DNA from: Macrostomum lignano
Taxonomy: Eukaryota
Length of the DNA stretch: 64,000 bases
Assembly: GCA_002269645.1 (NCBI GenBank)
Contig: NIVC01002312.1
Coordinates: 1 to 64,000 of the forward strand
Direction of reading: 5' to 3'
The position numbers and the translations under genes were made by a program. The notes under the pieces were generated by a model. The model did not search any database and had not been told where the DNA came from. It saw only the letters and a program-made list of their open reading frames with translations. Shown piece after piece: positions 25,501-36,749 of the stretch. Positions within the stretch are counted from its first letter, which is position 1, and the number at the start of each line of letters is the position of its first letter.

Positions 25501-27123
25501 GAGGATCGGGGGCGGATAGCCGGAGGATCAGAGGGCGGATAGCTGGAGAATCGGAGTGGAAAGCCGGAGGATCGGGGGTAGATAGCTGGAGGCGGATAGC
25601 AGGCCGATCGGGGGCGGATAGCCGGAGGATCGGGGAGCGGATAGCCGGAGGATCGGGGAGCGGATAGCCGGAGGATCGGGGGCGGATAGCCGGAGGATCG
25701 GGGAGCGGATAGCCGAAGGATCGGGGGCGGATAGCCGGAGGATCGGGGAGCGGATAGCCGGAGGATCGGGGGCGGATAGCCGGAGGATCGGGGAGCGGAT
25801 AGCCGGAGGATCGGGGCGGATAGCTGTAGGATCAGGGGCGCGTAGCAGGAGGATCGGGGGCGGATAGCTGGAGGTTGCAGCTGAGCTATATTTTAGAATC
25901 ATATAGCAACTATTACTATTATCCAACAATAATGATCATATGGTACTACTGCCACTATCCATACTAGTAGGAACAGTTGAATATGACTCACACATCCATG
26001 TCGGACACCAATACAGAGCTGTCGCCATCGCCTAAGTCGACAGTGAGAATTAGAATGTAGCCTAGAGTTGTCTGAAATATATTAATAATTAAATTTATAA
26101 ACGTAAATAACCTTTAAAAATAAATTATCTAGCAAAATTCCTTTTAAATCAATTGGCTATTTGATTACCGAAGCAGCTAGAATAGTGTTGGTCTGGCTGA
26201 GCAGAACCAGTTGAGTCTCGCCATAGTGATTGACAGACTCTTGAGACCTGTTGTAGGAGCACAGCTGGATGCAGGTCTGAAATGGGCAAATTCAATGCAA
26301 ATCAGTACAGGAACAAGATGAATCAGTACAGGAACAAGATGAATCAGTACAGGAACAAGATGAATCAGTACAGGAACAAGATGAATCAGTACAGGAACAA
26401 GATGAATCAGTACAGGAACATGATGAATCAGTACAGGAACAAGATGAATCAGTACAGGAACAAGATGAATCAGTACAGGAGAAAGAATGAATCAGTACAG
26501 GAACAAGATGAATCAGTACAGGAACAAGATGAATCAGTACAGGAACAAGATGAATCAGTACAGGAACAAGATGAATCAGTACAGGAGAAAGAATAAATCA
26601 GTACATGAGAAAGTTGAATCAGTACAGAAACAAGAATAATCAGTACAGGAATAATATTAATCAGTACAGAAACAAGATTAATCAGTACAGAAACAAGATG
26701 AATCAGTACAGAAAGAATATGAATAAGTACAGAAAAACAAGGTTAATCTCATTACAGGAAAGGCACATCACAAAAAGCAATTATATATCAGGCCTTCAAA
26801 ATTGAAACCATATAATGCTACAATAAGTAGACTAAAATGTCTATACATATGCTATGTAACATATTGTAACACTTACCCTGACATTGTAAATGTAAAATGA
26901 ATAGTCAGAAGCAAACAACACAAGATGTGGATGCTCATCAAATGTCTGCAGAAATTGATGGCCTGAAATTATTTTTTAATCATTTTATTTTTTATTAACT
27001 ACTATTAGTAGCTTAAAACTTTAAATGCACTTCTGAAAACTGTTACTCACTTAGTAGGCGATTTTTCCAGGAATATCCAATACAATTAGTAAGCAGCTGC
27101 GGCCATCCTGATAGAAAGTACAT
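13584..27123 (-). CDS. RIC1: RIC1 (RAB6A GEF complex partner 1), complete 14-exon gene
   Basis: Starts MYFLSGWP at 27123, as in animal RIC1. Conserved blocks: [31 protein letters not shown]; [20 protein letters not shown]; [32 protein letters not shown]; [16 protein letters not shown]; [14 protein letters not shown]. Exons (minus strand, all GT-AG, phases consistent): 27051-27123, 26877-26962, 26169-26276, 25992-26071, 24569-24992, 22684-23310, 22048-22251, 20724-21386, 19237-19339, 18993-19141, 18857-18903, 17571-18170, 15224-15625, 13584-14871. Confidence 0.93.
14905..15210. repeat. 51-bp minisatellite in RIC1 intron 13
   Basis: Unit TACAGTAACTGTTCACACTGCCTGTTACAGTAATCCTTACACAGTACATGT. Confidence 0.95.
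16740..17550. repeat. 34-bp minisatellite in RIC1 intron 12
   Basis: Unit CAGTCACTCCACAGAATCACCAAGTTCACTC(C/A)GC. Confidence 0.96.
18260..18810. repeat. ~55-bp minisatellite in RIC1 intron 11
   Basis: Unit GACAGTAGATGGTGAGATGCAGACAGGTAGAGATAGGGGTAGACAGTGAGATTTA. Confidence 0.95.
19460..20565. repeat. 22-bp minisatellite in RIC1 intron 8
   Basis: Unit G(G/A)ACAGGATCAATAGGGGATTA. Confidence 0.97.
21500..22000. repeat. 25-bp minisatellite in RIC1 intron 7
   Basis: Unit GGGAATTTCTCATCT(A/T)TAATGAAGG. Confidence 0.93.
22320..22610. repeat. Degenerate purine-rich repeat (GGAGGGTCATT-like) in RIC1 intron 6
   Basis: Recurring ggagggtca(t)/gtcagggga motifs. Confidence 0.7.
23510..24510. repeat. 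20-bp minisatellite in RIC1 intron 5
   Basis: Unit ATCTTGATGTGTCTG(C/T)CAGT. Confidence 0.96.
25040..25870. repeat. 22-23-bp GC-rich minisatellite in RIC1 intron 4
   Basis: Unit GGGG(A)GCGGATAGCCGGAGGATC. Confidence 0.96.
26301..26740. repeat. 21-bp minisatellite in RIC1 intron 2
   Basis: Unit GAACAAGATGAATCAGTACAG. Confidence 0.96.
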
Positions 27124-28759
27124 GCTCACTACTGGCACTTGATTAATATGCTCATTGCTGCAATGGGCAAATTGATTTGGTGAAACTTAGTTTATCACCA
27201 TTTTAAATGAATAAAATATTTAAATTTTAAGACAATTGATAATAAGATCTATAAAAACAAAAAATTTTAATGCAATAAAAATAATTGCTAAGGTCAAGGG
27301 TAAATTGAAAAATTGATGAAATCTTAATATTTTTTTTAAATTATCATTTAGATTTTTCTTACTTTTTATTAAAGTAAAATGCAAAGCTAAGTTGTATGGC
27401 TAATATAATTTCAAAGGTTATGCATATATATATTTAAATATATATATATATAGTAGTCTATATATAGGCAGTGTATATTTATAATCTCTAATGATCTTAA
27501 CTTTTCCTACAATAACAAAAATTCTTTGCCAAAGCTTGGACTACTCTTAACAAATCATTTGCCAAAATGGCAAGCTTTAGTCAAAATGGTCACTGCAAAA
27601 TATTTTTTGTCAAAAGTTCCTTTGCTAATTTGGGTTAAAACTGTCCCAAATAGTATTACTTTGCATTATATCTCTCATTCTCATTCTAATGACTTGGAGA
27701 AATATAAAACTTAAGCAATAATATATTTCTTACAATCTTATATCTAAAGCTGAGTGGATCAATCGACTGACTGGGTTTAACATGTATATCCTCCTAGACA
27801 GCTGCCAACTCAAATGCAGGACTTATATATATCAATGCAGAATTTTCTTATGCAACAATAGGCTATTTAAATGTTGAAATTTTCAAAATTAAGTCTGTTA
27901 AAAAAACAGAAAACTGTTTTCTTAACCTTCTTTGGCCACTTTTTCTGCTTTGAACTAAAAATTCAGAGCATCAAACTGAAAATTTGCATCAATTTTGAGT
28001 GATTGCGCCACAACTTTTTCCTATCTTGGCAGTGTAGGTATTTTCTCTCCAGTGGGGTGGATAGGGCATTCTAAGTGGCTGCATGTGTACACTTGGACCC
28101 TTGCTAACTGGCAGGCAGTGAAATTCAATGCGTAAACTTGCGAGCCTCTCACTGTAGCAGGCAGTGAATGTACACTAAAAAATACAATGCTTTAAACTGG
28201 GAAATTTCAAACACAAACTGTTCCTCAAGTTTTGAACTTTGAGAGAAAAGACTTATATTGCTGGAAAGATCTTTCAATGCTGAGTTTGGGGATATAAGTT
28301 GTTTGCTTTAAGTATGAAAACTAAAAGCACAGCATTCAAAAACGATTTCTATACTTATAACTTTCTGCAAAGATTGTACTTATTTTTGCAAGATGCAATA
28401 GATAAATTTGGAGGCTTCAACTGCCACTGTGTATTAGAGGGTTGATTTAGATTTTGCAATCAATTTGTTAACTTTAACTGAGACTCATACTGACTAAAAA
28501 ATCATTTTTGCAATCAATTGATTCAATTGGTTCAATTTTTTTATTATCGGCACCTTTTAATGGGCGGCACAGTGTAGCTCTAACCCTAACCACTGAATCC
28601 TTTTTTGTATATATATATTTAAGACAGACAATTAGAAAGCCTTTTTAATACACTCCAATTGTTGATTAAATTGATGGATTTCTGCTTGAAGGAGATAATA
28701 TTGATAGATTTTTGTTTAATGGAGGGAATTTTGATAAATATTGCAATTCATGGAAAGGA

Positions 28760-29110
28760 TTTTGATATATTTAAGTTTCATAGAGAGGATTTGATGGATT
28801 TAAGTTTCACAGAGAGAATTTTGATAGATTTAAGTTTCATAGAGAGGATTTTGATGGATTTATATTTCACGAAGAGGATTTTGATGGATTTAAACTTTAC
28901 AGAAAGGATTTTGATGGATTTAAGTTTCACAGAGAGGATTTTGATGAATATCTGTTTCACAGAATGAATTTTGATGAATATCAGTTTCACGGAGAGGATT
29001 TTGATGGATTTAAGTTTCACAGAAAGGATTTTAATGAATATCAGTTTCACGGAGTGAATTTTGGTGAGTATCAGTTTTACGGAGAGGATTTTGATGGATT
29101 TAGGTTTCAC
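28760..29110. repeat. 30-bp minisatellite upstream of RIC1, followed by an AT low-complexity tract (29160-29330)
   Basis: Unit TAAGTTTCACAGAGAGGATTTTGATGGATT. Confidence 0.9.
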
Positions 29111-29589
29111 AAAAATATTGATAAATATCTATTTCATGGAGAGAATTCTGAGTTATATTATTATTAAATATTATATTGAATATTATATTGAATATTGATA
29201 ATATTCAATAATAAATATTAATAAATATTAATATCAATATTATATTATATTATATATTATATTATATATTATATATTATATATTATATTATATTAATATC
29301 AATATTAATAAATATTGAATATTATATTAAAACCAATTAGTATTAGACTTAAGACTTTTAAAGTGAACCTAAGATTAAGTTAATTTATTTAATCAAATTG
29401 ATAGATTTTGCCTAGGCCTTTAAGTACAATTTTTTGGCTGATGCATTTGAAAAAGTTATATATATAAACTTGCCTTTTACTTTGGGCCTAGTCTCTAATA
29501 TTATATATGATTATGATATTAGGTTGATACCTGGGTTTTTTATATGCTTGGATGCATAGTTTGGATGGGAACTAGTTTTTTGATGACAG

Positions 29590-30900
29590 GTTGACTTGGC
29601 AACAACCAATTTGGCGAGAAGTCAATTTGGCAACAGTCAGTTCGGCAACATATAAGGGGGGGAGGTTGAAACAGGGCAGTAATTTGTCATCCATTGCGTT
29701 GAGTTTGCATATTTACTCTGATTCCAGAATAAGACAAAATGGTAAGTCTCACATACCACCATATATGTTTTCCCAGAGTAAATCACACCTGCTAATGTAA
29801 AAAAATGTGCCATAGAATGGTAGAGTAGAAATTGAAATTGCATTCAGTTAATTTAATTCAATGCTCAATTTTACATGTAATTGAGACAAAGGGACCATTA
29901 CATTGTATGCAAGAAGATACACAATGAGGTCAGGCTACTGAATCTGCAAACCAAAAGTGGTGAGCTCTTCTTGCCTGATAATCGTGACATCAATATTGAC
30001 ATTGACAGCTGCTGAGTGCTTTGAGGCTAAAATAGAAGTTCAGCTAGTGATTGAAAGGTTGCACAAGGCATAAGACACAATTTGCTTCGGATCGGCTGGT
30101 AATTAAAGAGTGTGCCATAGACAATGTCATCCAACACACAGCCAAGAAAACTGCCAGATTGAAACAACAGGCAGAGCATGCTTCGCTTGTTCATCTCCCC
30201 AATGTTCCAAAAAAAGAAAAAAAATTGACAACTCACTACACTTGTACTATGACTACTATGCTATTGAACACTGAACATTGAAAAGTTGTCATTCCGATTA
30301 TTATTCAGTATCTTTACTAGTTATCACTTTGGTATTTCTAGGTGGGATTGGTTTCCAACTGTTATTGTTGGCATTTATCATTGGTGTTACAATATATTAG
30401 TAATATCTATGATGAAAATGCCCTGTGTTTTTTTCTATCAGCATTCTTTGTCCCAATGCTTAGTGGCAACACATGGTACATGATATACAATGGTACAAGT
30501 ACTATATGACAATTCAATTCTATGTGCAGGCATCTCCAAAAAACAGTATACTCATCTTAAAGTCTGTTGCTTAATTTGACTAGAAGTGCAAACAATGCAA
30601 TCAACAAATATAGGCAACAAAGAAAAGTAGAAAAAAATGCACTTACTCTGAGTCCAAGACTCCAAGGGGGTGTATACGCATCTCTTTGAAAATGTGTTAT
30701 TCAGCATGATTAAAACAAAATTACCTTACTTGAATTGAATGGCAAGGACTATAATAGCAATATTTTAAAATTTAACTAGTGTCATATATAGCTTTCTATA
30801 TATGACATTATATTTATTACTTCAGTATACTTAAGCTTTCTATATACTTTAGCATTCACCAAATTGGCTGTTGCCAAATTGGTTGTTGCCTAATTAACTG
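29590..30900. mobile_element. Putative non-autonomous DNA transposon bounded by inverted repeats
   Basis: GGCAACAACCAATTTGGC (29598-29615) is the exact reverse complement of GCCAAATTGGTTGTTGCC (30873-30890). The motif is reiterated subterminally at both ends. No transposase ORF recognised. Confidence 0.5.
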
Positions 30901-31440
30901 CAAGCTATTTGGATCATATATTAGTATATATCAGGTCTAATTCTAGAGACTTAGTATTATAAGACAACAACATTATAAGACCTTGTTTGTCTATTAAATC
31001 TAAAAAATATGTCATTGAAATAGTCCATAGACATAATGTTTCCACTGTGTCATGTATAATATACTAGGTAACTAGGTTATATCACTTTTATGCTAATGTA
31101 CACCAAAAAATGGCAAGTACCCCAGTATATGCATATGTATGTCACCTAAACTCATATGCAAAGTATGCAGATGTCTCTTGAATTTTGAAATTGTATCCTA
31201 AAACTAAAAGTAGGCCTAGGTGAATTTTAGGTGTAGTCTCATTACCTATTTTTCCTTTTTAATATTTATCATAGCAGGAAGTTTTGATATATAAAATGAT
31301 AAATGAGGTTAAGGCATTTATTTGGATAGGCTACAAGAAATGATAGCATAACTATGGTTTTGTTTGTTATATTATTTCTTGTTTCAAATTTGTTCCAGTG
31401 TACAAAGAAATGGCTGGATGACCACCGGCTCCTACGACAA

Positions 31441-31677
31441 TCATTCCACGCATCTGTAAACCACCGGCTCCATTTTGTAGACCCCTAGGACCCAAAGGTT
31501 CATACGAACACTATCGAGGGAACGTGGACACATTGCAAGGCAAAGTTTTGCAACATGTACAGGACGAATGATGGTCTATTTGAAACTCATCTGCAGGAAT
31601 TTCTGTGGCGCCGTCTATTTCCACGGAATGTGTTTGGCAACTTTCTCTACTAGGTGTCACATTATTATCACCTCTAA
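31441..31677 (+). pseudogene. Merlin (IS1016/IS1595-like, ISXO2 DDE) transposase C-terminal remnant
   Basis: Frame 31441 reads SFHASVNHRLHFVDP*DPKVHTNTIEGTWTHCKAKF...LFETHLQEFLWRR, matching the VNH..FVDP..HTNTIE..W...K...EF.WR motif of Merlin transposases. It has in-frame stops. Confidence 0.75.
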
Positions 31678-32404
31678 TTATCTTTCTTGTGACTTCAAAC
31701 TCTAATTTGAACTTTTTTGGTGGTGGGTCCTCTTTTCTGAACTTCTCCGAGTATGGTTTGTCGTAATCTCTAATAACTTGTCACTTTTTTAAATAAAATA
31801 ATATAATGAACAAAACCATAGTTATGCCGAAATGATGTATAGACATGACATGTCTAGATGTTGCCAGTTTCTAAAGTAAGAGAAATTGCACCCTGAGCCT
31901 TAAAATTGCACCCTGTACTGTACCTGTACCCAACTTCTTTGTCTTTGGAGAAAAAAAATCCTGGTTAATACAATAAAGAACAGTGTACTATGTCATGGCT
32001 ATTAGACTGCATATTTACAATAACAATAGGCAAAACATATTGGCGTATAATATATTGGCGTATAAAAGTAGGTAAACGTAAATCATTATAATTTAGGTAT
32101 ATTTTACAATGCAAATTGGTGTAGTAATGGCGCTGGTATATTATATAAATGGAATTTGAAAAAAAAATTATTAAATCGTTTACAAAGCAAAAACATTGCG
32201 AATCTGAATTCTGAAATTAGTTAGTTTAACAAGCTTGACATGCACTGTCTTTGTCTAAGAAAAATAAGACGCAACAAGGTCAAGATATCGAACGAATTAG
32301 ATGGCTTCAGCCTTTTAATAACTTAAATAATCATTCAATAACGAGAGCTGGTGCTGTGTTGTGCAGCATTTAAAGTCTATTCTAAAAAATGAGCATTTTA
32401 AAAT

Positions 32405-33100
32405 CAAGGACGACTTAAGTAGAAGGACGGGAAACCTCGTTTCTTAGAAATTTTTTGAAGGCACTTTTTCCCGAAAAAATACACTGAGGAGATAGGAAAT
32501 TTTCATTTTTTCAGCACAAAAATTGCTATAACTTTTGATAGGAGGCAGATCCAGTGTTGATCTTTTGATATGTTGTGCCTTTTTTATTGCTTTATCGATA
32601 TTTATAAAGCTTTCCGTTCAGAAAATTAGGATTCTATGTTAATTTTTTATTCTACGTATATTTTCATGTGTCTTGTGCTTGAAATACATTAGAATGCCAC
32701 GGCTTGGCTCTTTGATTTTATGAGTCTATTTTACCCTTCTTACCTGACTGTATAGCAAATAGTCGTAACATAGATGATAAAATAGATTCATAAAACCAAA
32801 TATTAGAGCTGTGTCATGCATTTTTGTGATTTTTAGATACAGGAAATATACGTAGAATAAAAAATTAACATAGAATCCTAATTTTCTGAACGGAAAGCTT
32901 TATAATATCGATAGAGCAATAAAAAGGCACAACATATCAAAAGATCAACACTGGATCTGCCTCCTATCAAAAGTTATAGCAATTTTTGTGCTGAAAAAAT
33001 GAAAATTTCCTATCTCCGCAGTGTATTTTTTCGGGAAAAAGTGCCTTCAAAAATTTTCTAAGAAACGAGGTTTCCCGTCCTTCTACTTAAGTCGTCCTTG
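32405..33100. mobile_element. MITE / foldback element with ~260-bp terminal inverted repeats
   Basis: 32405-32663 (CAAGGACGACTTAAGTAGAAGGACGGG...) is a near-perfect reverse complement of 32845-33100 (...CCCGTCCTTCTACTTAAGTCGTCCTTG). Confidence 0.9.
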
Positions 33101-34130
33101 GTATTTTAAACAATATTTAAAATATTAGTATAACAATAAACTATCAACTGTACGCCATGGGTAAAATAATATTATTTGTATTACAAGCTACTCTATTAGA
33201 TGGCAAATTTCTTTTATTTTTTATTTTACTGTAGCGACGTCTCACTTAGTACAAAAAACTTCTCTAGATAGCCATCTAGAAAGCTATGCTAACTAGGCTG
33301 TCACGAGGAGGTTAATCGTGATTAATCGTGATCGGTAGATCAAGATAATTTTTGACGTGAGGCAAACTATCTTAGCCTCTTCAAAATCGTTACCGTAGAT
33401 CATGATCCTACTATATCGGGGGGGGGGGTTCAAAACCTAAATTCCGTATCGCTGAAAGACGGAATCTTTCGGAAGCTCGAATTTTCATATCATGTCAAAA
33501 ACTCTTGCTTCTGCACCAGCTACATACATGTATAACAACTCAGACGTTCGGAATGGAAGATGGTGGTGGGTCGTGCCCCCCACCCCCCTAACTTTTTAAA
33601 TTTTGGTCATGCGCGCAGCAAGTTTACCATATATGCACCCCCACTTTTTGAGCGACCCTTGACGCATTTTCATATGCCTGATCGATTAGATATATGATAT
33701 TTTTTAATTACACTTTACATCTCTGACTTTATCTATGCCTATTGCGCTACCCCCCGGTCGTCAACAGAATTGTTGTCTACCCCATCCCCTCACTTTTTAA
33801 AACGTTCCGACGCTTATGTAACAACTTAAACGAATTTGATGGATCATGTGAAATTTAGAGCTTATGCGCATATGAAGTCAAATTTTGCTATCGTCGTGAA
33901 AAGTATGAAGAATACTTTTCGACGATTTGTAGTTTTCGAACTAGTGAAACTGACCAAAAATTTGTCTTTTGTCCTTTTTTCTCTGGTGGAGAGTATAAGG
34001 TCAGCCGATCCCTTGAGCAAATTGACTCCCCTTGGATCCGCGCTAGTGTCGTCCTCGATCTGGTTCCAATGCAAAAATTGGCAAAAATTAAAGTATACCC
34101 TGAGTCACCTTGACATACGGGAGCACTAGA

Positions 34131-34315
34131 CAGAAGCGGATCCAGAAAATTTTGAACGGGGGGGCGCAGACTACTAAATTAAGGCTCATATATAATATGC
34201 ATATCATGTACAAGTATATGTTACATGATAATGTGTATTTTCCATAGGCCTATAAAAAAATCGAACTCAACGGGGGGGGGCGTGCCCTGTGCGCCCCCCT
34301 CTAAATCCGCCATTG
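34131..34315. mobile_element. Possible short PIF/Harbinger-type MITE remnant
   Basis: Imperfect TIRs CAGAAGCGGATCCAG versus the reverse complement CAATGGCGGATTTAG, with G/C runs internally. Confidence 0.35.
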
Positions 34316-35260
34316 GCACGAGAATGAATTGCCTGCCGAGTTTCCCGCAATGCTTTTTTCCCACGGGATTCTGAGGAGCATTTGATCGGAGTGGCGGCAC
34401 GCTGAAAGACATTTATATACCAAGGACTACTAGACTTGAAGAACGCAACACTTGCAAATCGTGCAAAAATAGTTGAAGGCCGATTATTAAAATGTCTGCT
34501 GTATCTCCGAATCGGTTGCATGTAGAAGGTTAATTTTTTCGCCAGATTGTTGAGATTGTTGACAATTTATAACCTGTAAATTGATCGAAGTGGCTTGCGA
34601 GTGGCAGCAGAATTTTGCAAGCAAATATAGTTGTACCGAGACCTTCGAAAATCGGCCTTCAACTATTTTTACACGAATCGAGAGTGTTACGGCAGTTACG
34701 TCCTATATAACGAAGTGTTTCGAGTGGTCCTTGTTATATTGGCCCCGCAAACTTTGACTTCAGGCTATGCGTACATCATGATGTGGCAACGAACTGCAAC
34801 GTGGTCTTGCATACGGCTGCCGCGACAGCACTTAACTAGCCAGATTAGTTCTGCTATAGAGAGATTCTTTTTAAATTAACAAAGAAAAAATATATAGGTC
34901 GTTACGTTTTAATACTGGCATCGAGTTGTGAGTCATTGAGACGCAAATCAAGGTAAAAAGAAAGTTGCGTGCTCCTACTTTCAGTAGAGCTATTTGCACA
35001 TTCCGTCTATTAAATCGTAAAACTGTATTTTGTAACTTTAGTACAAAATATATAGATTATTTTACAGAAAAATATTTAGGTTTTAGGTTCTTTTATTATA
35101 AGACGCCTTTTAGACAGGCAATTTACCGTGTTTCTGAACGAATTTTCCAGATTGAGCGAAATTTGTATGTCTAGACAGTAGATGCTACGAAAACAAGGGC
35201 TTTTGCTTTGTATATGATTCAGTTTTCTTATTAAAAATATTTAATTTATGTAATTTTTTT

Positions 35261-35299
35261 ATCGCTTCTCGGCCTTATTGGCTAAGATCAAAGTGTAGT
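35261..35299 (+). ncRNA. U2: U2 snRNA gene, 5' half (nt 1-39), interrupted by a retrotransposon
   Basis: ATCGCTTCTCGGCCTTATTGGCTAAGATCAAAGTGTAGT is the U2 5' end (stem I plus the branch-point recognition GTGTAGT). Retroelement sequence follows immediately. Confidence 0.95.
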
Positions 35300-35302
35300 T
35301 TG

Positions 35303-36551
35303 ACGACTGGACGGCCAGCCTGGAGTGGCGCGACCCGCTGTCCGGAACTATCCAGCGCTGTGACAGAGCGGCAGCAATCACCCGGAGGCTTCACCAGGTG
35401 GTCAGGGCAGCGCACACGGCGGCCTGGCGCGGGTGCCACTCCCAGGGCCGATTCGCCACGACTGCCACGCACATCGGCAGCCACACCTGGCTGTTCAGCA
35501 GCACCGGCATGCGCGCCTGCGACTGGCGCTTCATCCACCGAGCGCGGCTCAACCTGGTGCCCACCAACGCACTCCGGAGACTGGCCGACCCGACATCCGA
35601 CCCGCGATGCCGCCGCTGCGGAGCCGGCGTCGAGACGCTCGGCCACGTGATCAACAGCTGCCCGGTGCACGCGGCCAGGTGGAGGGACCGCCACGACGGC
35701 ATCGTCAACGCCGTCGCCACCGCCATCAGCGAGGCCCGCCCAAACGCGACCATCACCACCGACCAGGAGGTCCTTCCCGGCTCTGATCTGCGACCTGACA
35801 TCAGCATCATGGATCCAGACAGAGGCCGCCGTCTCCTGATCGAAGTCAAGTCGCCGTTCGAGGTCGGGCCGGCCACGTTCCCACGCAAGCACCGAGCCGT
35901 ATGCCAGAAGTACGCCGGCATCACGCAGCAGCTCAGCGCAGAGGCACCAACGGCCCTGGCGACTTTCTGCATCGGCTCGCTGGGTGCCTGGTCGCCCTTC
36001 AACAACGCCATCCTGCGCGCTGCAGGCCTGCGCGAGCGCGACATCCGGCACCTCCAACGACGACTGGCGCTGCACTGCATCCACTGGAGCCGCAACACGT
36101 GGGTGGAGCACTGCACCGGCGCACCTCAAATCCACTGATTTAGTGCCGAACTCTGCCAAACTCTGCTCATCTCAGCCCACCCTGTTACCTTTACTTTTAC
36201 CTGTTTTATTTATCTTCCACTCTGCATTTTTGTTTTACTTTGTTTTTCTTTAATATTTTACTTTTTACTGTCTCGAAGTTCATGCACTCTGTTAGCTATT
36301 CTCGCTGCGATTCCGCCTCTCGCGCTCATCCCTGCCACCATCCCGTCTCCTGCGCCTTCACTTTTTCCCACTGTTTTAATTGCATTTATTTCATTGTTTT
36401 ACTGTTTTACGCATCCTGCGAACCTGTTTTTAGCTACTCTCAGTAGCATCATCGGCTCTTGGCCAAATATTTCCGCTTATATCGCATCGTTTAAATACTT
36501 AAATATATTGCCCGACCGTCGGATACTCGTCCGAGGGGCAGGGCCTTTCGC
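35303..36551 (+). mobile_element. 5'-truncated RLE non-LTR retrotransposon (Utopia-like, subfamily A) inside U2
   Basis: ORF to 36138 has the CCHC knuckle CRRCGAGVETLGHVINSC, RHDGIV, and PD...EVK restriction-like endonuclease motifs. A T-rich 3' UTR follows, and the 3' end abuts U2 nt 41. Confidence 0.92.
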
Positions 36552-36702
36552 TCTGTTCTTTAGAGATTAATTCCTCTAACGTAGGCCATTGGTCTACTAA
36601 GTAATTAATCCGGTTTTTGATGAGTCGGACCAGTGCTTCGTGTTCACACGACCTGATCCACGCGTAGGCCTTGCGCTGCAGTACAGCAAGGATCTGCGCA
36701 TC
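36552..36702 (+). ncRNA. U2: U2 snRNA 3' half (nt ~41 to end), copy 1
   Basis: TCTGTTCTT; stem IIa TAGAG-ATTAATTC-CTCTA; IIb GTAGGCC-ATT-GGTCTAC; Sm site GGTTTTTG; stem III; stem IV with loop GCTGCAGTAC. With the 5' half it totals ~191 nt. Confidence 0.92.
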
Positions 36703-36749
36703 TAAGAAATCTAAAATAGCGAAGGCGGAGTCATGGCAGTATCAAGGAG

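Noticed and set aside
14905-26740. CRISPR-like arrays
   Set aside because: The repeats are head-to-tail with no unique spacers, there are no cas genes, and the context is eukaryotic introns.
28578-28592. Telomere-like CTAACCCTAACC (also at ~63487)
   Set aside because: Only two units; compatible with chance or a branch-point sequence.
35261-36702. Interpretation as Keno (Tx1 clade) or R2/rDNA insertion
   Set aside because: The element encodes a C-terminal RLE, not an N-terminal APE, and the target is U2 rather than 28S.
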